A stretch of DNA of 63,019 nucleotides from Dimorphilus gyrociliatus (Eukaryota > Animalia > Annelida): assembly GCA_904063045.1 (NCBI GenBank), contig CAJFCJ010000063.1, positions 1 through 63,019 on the forward strand, given 5' to 3'. The position numbers and the translations under genes were made by a program. The notes beneath the pieces are model-generated. The model was not told where the DNA came from, made no database searches, and saw nothing but the letters and a program-made list of their open reading frames with translations. Every line of letters starts with the position of its first letter. Position 1 is the stretch's first letter. This document shows, piece by piece, positions 34,752 through 45,932 of this stretch.

Positions 34752-36295
34752 ATGAAACAATTGTTAAAATTAAACTTATTTTTTCATCTATTCAATATTT
34801 TACAATCAAGACGAGATAGTAAACTTTTTTTTAAGGGACTTTATAGATGTAGAATACTTTTAATCATGTTTCTTTTTTTTTGTCTTTAGTGTGTTTCACA
34901 GAAGAGATTAAAGGTTATAAAATGACGTCTGATAATTTACATCAACTTCATACAACATTGGAAGATTGTAAATTGAAATGTATACAAAATTCAAATTGCA
35001 AGTAAGAAAAGAACAAAAACAAACATTTTTCTTTTAATTAGTCCTATAGTTTTACCTTTTCATAGATCAATTGAACACAGAAATGATCAATTATGTAATT
35101 TGAATAGTGTTGACAAGTACTCAAAACCATCAGGTTTTGTACCAGAATCATCAATGTTATACATTGGAAGGAAAAATGGAGTTTGCGGTAAGTGAAAAAA
35201 ATATATGATAAGAGATTAGAAGTGATAATAATTTTCTTCTTATCTATTCGTTAATCCAATATAGATCCGGTTGTTAATCCTGGGCAATGTTTAAAAATTA
35301 CCGATAAATTATGAGGTTCTTCGCTAACAACACAATTCAACTGCGAAGGTTTTGGCTGCTGTTTCAAAAATGGTAAATGCTATTACGACAATACATTTCT
35401 ACCAGGTTTCATTAAGATTGCTCGTTCTGCCAATATAACTTCAGCGATATTTGTATCCAGTTCAATTTCGTTGAAAGACTGTTCGAGGAAATGTTTAGAA
35501 ATTGAACAATGCAGTTGTTTTAGCTATGATTTCAGTGAAACTGTATGCGTTTTATCATCTGATCACTTAAAACCGAAATTATTGGATAATCTTGCGGATA
35601 AAGTTGTCTATCATCGACTAGCATTGAGATTACAAACTTGTTTTACTGTTAAATGCGGACCTGGAGATGAACATTCCGTCAACAGTATAAGACAATGTAA
35701 AGATTTATGCGACAATGAAGCAAATTGCGATATGATTATGTATTCACCGAATAATAGAGAGAAAATATGCTCTACTTTCACATCTACAGCGTCAAATTGC
35801 AATTACAATTCGGATACGGCTCGTGCAGTTGTTTTGTATCAGTCGTGTACAAATGGACCAATTTTTATCGATGAAAAAAGTTCAAATAGCCAAAGAATAA
35901 AGGACATTACTGATAATGGTGACACTACTCAAACGTGTACAGATATTCGAATAGATAGGATATTTTATCTGAGAATTCCTTGGCCAAATGTTGATACTAA
36001 TTTGAAAAATTTCGAAATTATAATTCGTGGGCAAAATTTACAAAAATGTATTAACATTAGAGACGGTTTAACAACTTCCGGAATATTGGCCTATATTCCA
36101 GCTGTCATTGAAATAGAACCAAATTTTCGTGGAGAATATTTAACTTGTACGCTGATTGGCGGAGATGATAATGAATTTTGTAAATATTCTTGTAATTGCG
36201 GAGACGACTATTGCCAAGCAGTTTACATTAAAGGCTTTGGTAAAACAGAAGAAAATATGAAAATATGTTCTTACAATGTAACAAATATAATTTAA
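34752..36295 (+). CDS. Secreted PAN/apple plus trefoil multi-domain gene with an in-frame TGA
   Basis: Signal-like first exon; short introns; PAN motifs (LEDCKLKCIQNSNC; LKDCSRKCLEIEQCSCFSY); trefoil-like KL*GSSLTTQFNCEGFGCCFKNGKCYY with TGA at 35312-35314 where Cys is expected. Confidence 0.6.
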
Positions 36296-36706
36296 TCACT
36301 AAAATTTGAATTATAAATACACTTAACGTAATAAATACACTATTTTTTTTATAAAAAATATGGTTATTAATGTGGTTTTAATGGTAAAAAAATAAAATTA
36401 TTGTATAGGCTTATATCAATCTTTTTTATCATCACTTTGCACTGATAGAATTCTCCAATAGTGACGTCATTAATTGATAAATGACTCATTGTCAATATGG
36501 ACACTATAAAACTATAAAACAATAAAAGGAAGTATTTTTCTATTCTTGTCATGGTTATAATTGTGTCAATAAGTGTGTTTTAAGGTGGTTTTAATGTTAA
36601 AACATATCAAAAAAATTCTATCCACATTGATTTTTGAACTTGACAAAAAGAAACTAGAAATATTTTTCATCCATTCAGCAAATTTATTCAAAATTTTCAA
36701 TTAAAT

Positions 36707-37893
36707 ATGTTCAAGAGGATAACATTTTCAACAATTATTATAGCATTTTTAATATATCTTTGGAGTTTACCAACAAAATATGATAGTACCGCATGGGAGG
36801 ATTCATTTCAAATTTTTAAATTTGAAAATAGTAAAAATCATAGGCAATGTAATGAAGATTTTCAACAAGATTTAATAGGTTCAATGGAGAAAAATTTTCA
36901 ACCTTATCAATTTTGTAATATGTTAAAAAGTCATCTTTTATGCGCAATTGGATGCGAAGAATGTTTAATTAATTACGAATACAAAGCCAAATTTATTAAA
37001 GGAGTGTGCTCTCATAGTTGGAAACTTTTTCTTTTTTTTTTTTGAGATAGGCCTATAAAAAATTTTTTTTTCCAGATTGCCAAAATGAGTTGAGCGTCTG
37101 CTATTCGTTCAGCTGGGAAAATGAATGTGAACTTTGGTCATGCGTTCAGGAGAGTTTACTTCAATGCTACTCATTAATATCTCCAATATACACTTCCTTT
37201 CAACCTCTACGGGAGAAATGTCACTCGTGGAATAATGGATTAATTTCAAATAATGATTTTGATAGATTATTGATAGAGCTCAGATCAAAAATGTTCAACT
37301 ATAATGGAATAATGCCAAGAGTTATAACCAATTATAAAACTATAATTTCCGAATTTAGAAAAATCAATTTAGATTCTTTCGAATCGACAATCAAAACGAT
37401 ATTTGTCGATGTTAAACATATAATTGATTTACTCGGATATATGAACGTCAAACTTGTACTACAAACTCTAATTTCAATCTATCCAAAAGGATATTGGAAA
37501 AATCAATTTGCTTTTTATTATAATTCAACAAGCAGCTCTAATTCTCAGGAAAATCCATTTTCTAAAATTCAATTAGATTTAATTCCTGAAAGGATTTATA
37601 AAAATCATTTTAAACATTGCATCAATAAAATATCTTCTAGCCAAATGGCAAATATCATTCAAACTGGATTGAAACAATTTGAATATTCAATTCTTCAATC
37701 ATTTTCTAAGAATAAATACAATTATGCTTTACAAAATCATGCATTGTCAGGAAAGTCAATGCCAGCTGTTTTAGATGAATTTCAAAACTTTCCAAGGAAT
37801 TTTGATCTACTAATGGATTGTGGGATTGTAATTGAAAAGTTTATGACAAAGCGTATGCTGGAAAAAATTAAAAATTTTAAAAATACTGAATAG
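36707..37893 (+). CDS. Hypothetical two-exon protein with an N-terminal hydrophobic anchor
   Basis: ORFs 36707..37045 and 37090..37893, with a polypyrimidine acceptor TTTTTTTTCCAG near 37075; donor not fixed. Confidence 0.45.
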
Positions 37894-37959
37894 TTGCAAA
37901 TTCATTTCTGTTGATAAAAGAGATAAATATATAAACTAGACTGTTGATCAACTGCAAAG

Positions 37960-38170
37960 TGTTAATTAGGTATTAGAGGGCAAGCCTCAAAAGTATTTAA
38001 ACCATAATTGTATCTCATCTTATCATCTGAGAAGATTGTCTGAAAACAACTTTAGCCTTCTACTCTTCAGAATTGGATGTTAAATTTTGGCATAATTTGA
38101 CAACCTTCTACTACAAACTATCTACTCTTCCTTTCAACTTTTATATTGCTGATTTCAATTAAATATTTGT
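37960..38170 (+). repeat. Diverged element-A-family LTR fragment
   Basis: CCTCAAAAGTATTTAAA, CTGAAAACAAC, TCTACTCTTCA..ATTGGA, ATAATTTGACAACC, TACAAACTATCTACTCT are colinear with 1985-2190. Confidence 0.75.
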
Positions 38171-38349
38171 GCAAAAAAGTCATTTTTGTTGTAACTGTGC
38201 AAAAATATAAATTGATCAAGTAGAAGTAGTAAATTATTTATCCTTATCATTAGGGCCAGAAAGTGTTATTCTACACAATGTGTTTCATAGGAAAAAGATA
38301 TAAAATTCTATAAATTAACAAAACATTTTGACACACCTTGTCTAAATGA

Positions 38350-38450
38350 AAGTAAGTCAACACTGCTTATCTCTATTAGTGCAATCGGCAGTGCAATACT
38401 AGTTCAATACTGCTAATCAATAATGGAACAAAGCTGACAAATGCATGGTG
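38350..38450 (-). repeat. Diverged element-B-family LTR fragment (U3 start)
   Basis: ACTGCTTATCT.TAT.AGTGC..CAATACT.GTTCAATACT..AGCTGAC.AATG matches 45815-45910. Confidence 0.7.
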
Positions 38451-38802
38451 AACTATTTATAAATGTTTAGGGTTTTACCCTAGTAAAACAATATTTCCAT
38501 GGCCATTTTCCAAACACAACCAATGTTGTGGCTATTTTTGTATTTTTCAAAAAACAATATTTATATAAAAACAGTAAAATATTCTACTCCAAAAACAGGA
38601 GGATTTTTCTTTGTTTCTCTAAAAGTATTTCAATAATTCCACCATTGTTAATTCCTATGAAATAAAAAGTCTTTGTAATGTAGATTTATATCTATAGTCT
38701 AAACATCTAAGTGCACATTTTCTCTTGTTATCTTCTCTTCCAAAAAAGACTTTTATTTATCTATCAACATTTTAGTTGTATTATATTAGAAAATGAGAAA
38801 AA

Positions 38803-39109
38803 TTATGTCTTACTTATGAATACGTATTTAACCAAAATTACAATTACAATTGCAGCTATAGCGAGTCCTCCAATAACACCGCCTAATATCTTTCTTTGTT
38901 TCTTTTCCAGTTTAAATGTCTTTTTCTTTTGTTGATTATTATTATGATGATCTAAAACTGGAACTGGAGGTGCATCGAGATTAGCAACGGGTATAGGAAC
39001 ATTGCAAGATGGAGGAGGAGGCGCAGTAGGAGGAAGAGGAATAGTAGTAAAATTTGTAGATTTACACGCTTCACTATACGAAGGAAGGTGGCTGTTCTTG
39101 ATTGTTCAT
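38803..39109 (-). pseudogene. Small Pro-rich PPSY-motif single-pass membrane protein with one frameshift
   Basis: Removing one T near 39085 gives MNNQEQPPPSYSEACK..PLPPTAPPPP..KILGGVIGGLAIAAIVIVILVKY. Confidence 0.4.
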
Positions 39110-40538
39110 GACACAAAATCTTTGTTCGCTTCTTCCAATAGAGGTTTTGTAGACAATATGTCTTTCAAGATTTGATTTATTTTAGATATAACAAATATAA
39201 TACAAGAATCAAACATGGAAATTCTGAATAATAAATATTTCCGATAAAAATTTTATAATGTCATTTCTAGTATTTAGTTTCGTATAAAATAATATAAAGT
39301 TATCTTACCAGGCCTAAATTTTTACAATGATTTACCACTCACATTTAGATAAAATAAAATACTGGTGTTGGATTCTAGTTTCATGATGTTTCATTAGTCA
39401 TTTTGCAATAAATTCTGTTACAAACTGTCTTTACTGTTATCAGTTATCTTATGACTATTTAACAATAAATTTCAAAGCTGGATTTTGGATTGAAAAGAGG
39501 AAGACAGAAGCTGATTTCTACTAAGGAGGGGGATGGGGGTTGGGATCTCTTCTATGGGTTAGGAGTAATGGAAAAGGTTAGTCAAGTCTGAACTTTTGGA
39601 GCAACAGAAATTTTTCTAACTTGATCGTTAGAAAAAAAATATCAGCTAGACCATCACAAATCTTCAATAATCTATCTCTCATTTCTTCATTTAAACTTCC
39701 TGTTTCTCCATACCATCCTCTTTTTGGAGTCGAGATAAAACATTCACAAATGAGAAATTCTGTTGGCCCAGAACAGAGCTGACACTAGTCTTGAATAAAA
39801 TACATTTCAATCAATATAACAACAACAGTGACATCTGTATTTGAACTTCACAATAAAGAATAAGGTAAAGAGTAGATAAAAAATATTAAAACTACTTTTA
39901 AATATCATTCATTTATCAGAAAAAGGAGCGTTAATTAAACTTTTCAAATTGCAATTAGATGAATAATACAGAAGAGAAAAATCCAAAAATGTCTGACGTT
40001 ACCTAACCTTAACAGTGTGGTTGAAACTATTTTTTAAACTTTTGTTCTTAACCTTCATGATGATAATGTATTGCCTTAATGATTTTTAATGAGATTTGAA
40101 GTGGATTAATCAAGATACAGACGAGAACTATTGATCAACGACGTTTTTTTTTCTTGTAAAAAAAAGTAGACATGGCCAATGACCCTTAGGTGGTGTATGA
40201 GAAAGTGCCTCTTAAAAGACGTATCGTTAGGATACACTCATAAAAGTCTCTCTTCTTTATCAAACAAAATTCAATATGGAACTGTTGAAAATGCATAGAA
40301 AAAAAGTAGGCCTACATTTCTTACAATTTCGTACAAAATGAATATAATTGTATTGTGTATACGTGATACACTAGTCAATTTTATAGACACTCTCACAGTC
40401 AGAAACTCCAGGCTTTGGGGTAGAAACGTACTCGGATTGCATTTGGTGTGAAGTATCCATAATAGGCATCCAGATACATTGGTGTACTCGATAGTTATAC
40501 ATATATAGTTTTTTACGTTTGCAATTTAAACAGCCAAA

Positions 40539-41490
40539 ATGGCGCCAAACTGTCCAAATTTATTTGACTCGGAATACCACATTCCAATAAGATGAGAGTC
40601 CAGAATAAAGAAGAAACAACTATTTAAATGAAAGAATGACTAACCAGAACAATGCAATAAAATTAGAGATGAACACACAGATAGAATTCGTCATTCATTC
40701 ATTTGCTGAAGGAACAGCCTTAGAACGAATCTTAGATAGAACTACACCACCTTATCAACCCAATAACATTTTGGATATTGACCGAATTCAAGACACTCTA
40801 AAGGTCATCTTCTTGTCTATAGCAAGAGCTATCACATCTATTGAAAAAGGATTCTATATTTCCCAACAAAACTACGAAAAAAATCAACATTCAAATGTCA
40901 ATATACAGAATCTGACAACGAGTTTCCTACTTGGAATGAAAACAGTAAAATTCAGACTCAATGAATAATCCTTCAAACACAAATTCAAAATGCTAATTTC
41001 CTTACAATCATCCATGTTTGGCATAATATTCATCATATATTTAATGCCAATCTTGGAAGGGAAAGGTACACTAGTTCAACTACTCAACCTATTCGCTTGG
41101 GCAATCGCAGGTCATACGAACCAAAGCCGGATAAGTTTTATGAATAATAATTTGGGGCGAAACATTGTAGCATCGCTAATTCATTTCATGTTAAGGCCAA
41201 AATGAATGTAAGGGACAGAAAAAAAGGAATAACACTCTTCACTGATGGGTTAGGATAAAGATGTGAAATAGGATATGTAATATTCAGAATTTTATATAAT
41301 TTTGATAATGATATCAAATTAGGTCAAATATATTTTCCATTCGCTAATGAGGGAGAAAAAAAGTATAATAGCTTTAGACACCAGATCAGAATAGAACAAT
41401 TCCTAACTTGGAAAAATAGACTTGAATTCAATGTTACTGTGGACAAATGTTTTAGCATTACGTGTATATGACATTCAGTTCTCTTTTACA
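40539..41490 (+). pseudogene. Decayed intronless coding tract of unknown origin
   Basis: Successive coding-like frames (40636..40968, 40990..41205, then ECKGQKKGITLFTDGLG*RCEIGYVIFRIL..) broken by stops and shifts; no family recognised. Confidence 0.25.
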
Positions 41491-42598
41491 GACATGTGAA
41501 GGAGAGCAAGAAAATTCTTTGTATAAATCTTTTGAATTGTCCAGATAGAATTCTCTTCAAACTACGTAAAAGACTTGAATATTTTTAAGGCAGATGTCTC
41601 TAAACTCAAACACGTCAGGTATTGATGTTTGTGTTCAAAAATTGGTTTTGAGTAGAAGTGAGAGAGTGAAACTGTATCTGGATTAAAGCACTTGAAAGGT
41701 TAAATTGTACTCATTTTTCATTTTGTACATTTATCTATTCGATTGATGATGATAGAATGATTTTATGATAATAATGAATATTAATGTACGAGTCACATGA
41801 CTAGATGTGTTTCGAAAAAAAAATAAAAGTGTAAAGAATTTATCAACTGACCTGTTTAGAAATTGAATAGAAAATACTTTGGTCTTAGTTTAAAACTGGA
41901 ACAGTGTCTTTTAAAAAAGTTATTTGACTATTATGAAAGAATTTAATATGTGAAGACATGACGTCATAAAGAAGCTAACCTTTTATATATAAATTCTTTA
42001 GATTGGCCCTGGTTATTATAATTAAGCAATATTGAACTAGTATTGAGTAGTATATTCTTGTAAGCCTAAAGCGCAATAATCCTTATTTCCGCAATTGTTT
42101 GAAAATAGTTACAGCTTAAAAATACTAGTTGTAATGAATAGCAGGTTAATTTTTCATAATCCTAGAAAAGGCCTACTGTAGCCCAAAAACTCTTCTCAAT
42201 CGAAGCGATCATTTATGTCTCCTATGTTAATAAAGAATTAGACCAATCTTTAAAATAAAAGTCTGACGTAGCCTTTTGGACACGGATGCTAATGACAGGC
42301 ATCCTTCAGTTTACAGACATTTACACTTACAATTATTTTGATTCAAATGACACTCATATGAGTAGACTATGTCCATAAACGAGAACTGTACTCAGTTCAC
42401 ATATACACCAAATGATGAACCATTTATTCAAACTAGTATTAAATTCAAGTCTGTTTTTCTGCGAAATGAGAAGTTCTATTTAACTGTAACACTTACAATT
42501 TTTCTTTTTGAAAAGTGAATAGAAAAGGGTAATGGCCTAAGTAAAAAATATTAGTATATAAGTAGAAAATTTTTAGATACAACATCAATCTTACAATC

Positions 42599-43762
42599 AT
42601 GCATTGCAAGCGCTACGAAGGAAAGATAATTGCTAAAAACTACAATACTTTTCGACCACGTTATCCAGAATCTTTAAGTGAAGCTATCCTTCAATTTCTG
42701 GATCAAAAAGTTTGTTCAATTTTTTTTCTTAGATTTACAAGTTTAATAACTTTTTTTTTTAAAACAGCTTCCGAAAAGTTTTAGTAGGAAATTGGCTTTA
42801 GATGTTGGATGCGGTTCTGGACAAAGTACAGAATGTATTGCTCCATTCTTTGAAAATGTTATCGGTGTTGATATCAGTAAAGATCAGATATCAGAAGGAA
42901 GAAAAAACAACCAATTTGAAAATGTTGAATATTTGTAAGTAGTGGAGAGGAAAATCATTTTCTCTTGTTTAATAATTAAATATGTTATATCTTTCAGAGT
43001 TGGAAGTTTTGACAGACTTCCGGCCAAAGACAATTCCGTATCGTTAGTTATCTGTGGAACGGCTGCTCATTGGTTTAATCCTATTGATGAATTTTATAAA
43101 GAAGCGAAAAGGGTTCTTATTCCAGGTGGTTGTATCGCAATTTTTGGCTATTCAAACTCTTTTATTTCTGGATTACCGACATCCTTAAACAATACGTTGA
43201 ATGTTTTTTTTCAAACTGTAAGATATTCATCAACACAATCGAAATAGAATCTAAAAAACATAAATCTCGAATCATTTTTTTAGATTTTTAGTAAAATTAC
43301 AACTGAAATTCCGAAAGGAATGGAAAATTTGTTAAACGAATATCAAGATTTCGATATTCCATTCGAAGATGTCATCAGGTAAATTACGGCAACATTTTTT
43401 CTGTCTCTTATAAGCCTACCATCTGTTTTTTAATTTTCAACAGGAGCAACACATTGTCAATGTCAAAGAAGTCAACGTTTAACAGCTATGTTGGTTTTTA
43501 TAAATCTGTATCTCTGTATAGATCGTACAAAGAAAAGAATAACAAAGATCCATTTGAAGAAAATACAAAAGAGTAAGTTCCAAATTCGAAATTGTTTTTA
43601 TATATAAAAAAAAAACTTGATGACATTTTCAACAGAATGAAAGAAGTACGAAATAATAAACTGTTCAATCCGGAACAGGAATTTAACGTAAATTGGCCTA
43701 TTTGTCTTATATGCGGAAGAAAAGGGAAAAATGAAAATTCTTTTGGTTTAAATAGAAATTAA
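42599..43762 (+). CDS. Class I SAM-dependent methyltransferase (Methyltransf_11-like), multi-exon
   Basis: YNTFRPRYP; LALDVGCGSGQST; VIGVDIS..QI; TAAHWF..FYKEAKRVLIPGGCIAIFGY; short GT-AG introns; stop TAA 43760-43762. Confidence 0.85.
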
Positions 43763-44030
43763 AGAGAAAAGAGACAGAACCTAATGTACAATTTCTTTGT
43801 GCTTTATAAGATTAAATACTAATTTGGCCTATATAGTTAATTCATTACATAAAGCAGTTTGTAAGTGTTTTTTTTTTCACAAATGTATAAATTAATTAAG
43901 CAGAAAGTAGATCATCAACTGTTGAATAATTATTGATAAAAATTGAAAAATGTACAGACAAATGTAAATTCATACAGTATGAAAAGAAAAGAGATACTCT
44001 TCAGTTTGCAGCATTAATTATTGATTTGGA

Positions 44031-44981
44031 TTATCCAAATCTATTCTGTATTGTGTTTGTATTTCCAAAGTTTTTTTTGGCGGTAATCCTTTTAAAAAGA
44101 TTAGTGTAAAATTTCTTGATTTTTAATCTAATAGATGATTTCGTATAACCATGAAGAAGGGCATTTATTGTTGAATTTGAAACAATAATTACTGTAAATA
44201 CTTCTGTAATAATTTGAAATTCGTATCTGGAGAAGATTTTTCTCTCTTCCACTGCATTGTACTTAGTAATTGTTAATGTAGCTGGTAAAGCCCATAATAA
44301 ACAATTGATTATTAATAAGCATGCTAAAATTCGGATGCTACTCCCTTCAGATTTTATATTATTAGCGTTCGATACATCAGAAATTGCTTTTCTCTGTTTT
44401 CTTATCGCTCTTAATATAGGAATATACAATAAGAAACTGGTAAAAGCATTAGGTAAAACAGTAGAGAATGACCAAAAAAACATGTACGTAAAAGGAAAAA
44501 CATTGTGAGTTTCACATTGAAAAGTTATATTATGCTGCAAAATATATTCATATCTATTCCAGCCAATTGCAGTTGGAAGTAGACAAATGGTAAAATTGAT
44601 TAACCATATGCAAGAAAGCAATATAAAAGCTTTCTTAATTGTCCAAATTTTGTAAAATGATAAAGGTTTTACAACAGCCAAAAACTTTTCAAATGTAATT
44701 AGAGTTAATGTAAATGATGATACTGCAACTATCATAAAAATAATTTCATATGCTAAAAGACATTTATAATAGCTTAGGTCTTTACTATGAAATAGAATAA
44801 AAATGAATATACTTATTGAATATAAAATATCTGTAAAGGTTAGTGCTGTAACACCAAAATTATGTAATTTCCATAAATCTTTATTAATAATATGAATAAT
44901 GATTAAATTAAAATTTAAAATTAAACCTGCAAATTGGTTGCAGCTTGATATAACTGTTAAATAAATGTTGTCGAACACCAT
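44031..44981 (-). CDS. Rhodopsin-family GPCR, probably N-terminally truncated, abutting the element B 3' LTR
   Basis: Seven hydrophobic segments; LTFTD (TM2), ITFEKFLAVVKPL (DRY position), IGWN, Cys in ECL2, NSTINALLHG (NPxxY position). Confidence 0.85.
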   Translation of the reverse strand: MVFDNIYLTVISSCNQFAGLILNFNLIIIHIINKDLWKLHNFGVTALTFTDILYSISIFIFILFHSKDLSYYKCLLAYEIIFMIVAVSSFTLTLITFEKFLAVVKPLSFYKIWTIKKAFILLSCIWLINFTICLLPTAIGWNRYEYILQHNITFQCETHNVFPFTYMFFWSFSTVLPNAFTSFLLYIPILRAIRKQRKAISDVSNANNIKSEGSSIRILACLLIINCLLWALPATLTITKYNAVEERKIFSRYEFQIITEVFTVIIVSNSTINALLHGYTKSSIRLKIKKFYTNLFKRITAKKNFGNTNTIQNRFG

Positions 44982-45916
44982 TGTACTTTGTTGTATTGTA
45001 ATTGTAGGAATTTCTGGTTCGTCACAACTGTAATCGTCCTTTCCAATCATTTACCAACTTGCCAAAGTACTGGTCCAAATAGAACCTTTAAAGTTCGTCC
45101 ACAAATAGTCTAACAAAGGCAATTTCGGTAGAAATTGATTAACAAAACACCAGTATTTCGTCCAAAGAATATGTATTGAGTAAAATGAGCTTCTAGTTCT
45201 AAACAAGCTAGTTTAAACAACTAGCTGACGGTTAGAAAACTGAACTATCAACTGTTAATTTCGTAGGGTTTATATACTCTTTTAAGGGTTGATAGTTCAC
45301 AAATTTCAATGTTCACAAAAACAAAAGTAACATTTGAAGACAAAGAAAAGTTCTAAATATGGTCATGTTTTTATTGTTTTCCTCTTCTAAATAATAGTTG
45401 AATTTCGAAGGTTGGAGAGTTGCATAAGATGTAACAATTTTAGTAGGACAAGTCCAACAATCAAGAAAACATGTAGATTGTATATTTGACCATTTTTATA
45501 TTCTACCTTAATAATGATATTCAATTGATTGAGTTAGTAAATTTAGCATCAGCATATAAGGAGGAAGTATATCTGATTAATGCATGTTAAAAAGAACAGT
45601 ATTGTGTATACAATACTGTTGAATAGTGAATATAATCTAACCTTAGAATTTAAGCATAATTGATAATTAATTGAACTAGTTTTAGTTCGAAATCATAAAT
45701 TTATGGATTAATAAATTGTAATATTAATGCTAGGTTGCAAATAGCAAATATTCTTTATATAATTCAATAGGTTTTATTACTGCATAATGTGTATGCACTG
45801 CCCTATGCGAAACTAGGTCACTACTGCTTATCTTTATCAGTGCTATCTGCATAGTACAATACTGGTTCAATACTACTTCTCTATTGTAGAATATAGCTGA
45901 CGAATGTATGTGTACA
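44982..45916 (-). repeat. Element B 3' LTR (935 bp)
   Basis: Matches 55472-56406 with two substitutions found by eye; TATATAAA on the minus strand near 45270-45277. Confidence 0.97.
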
Positions 45917-45920
45917 AACA

Positions 45921-45932
45921 TCCCACTCCTTT
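45921..45932 (-). promoter_or_regulatory. Element B polypurine tract
   Basis: AAAGGAGTGGGA on the minus strand, overlapping the env stop, 4 nt before the 3' LTR. Confidence 0.75.
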
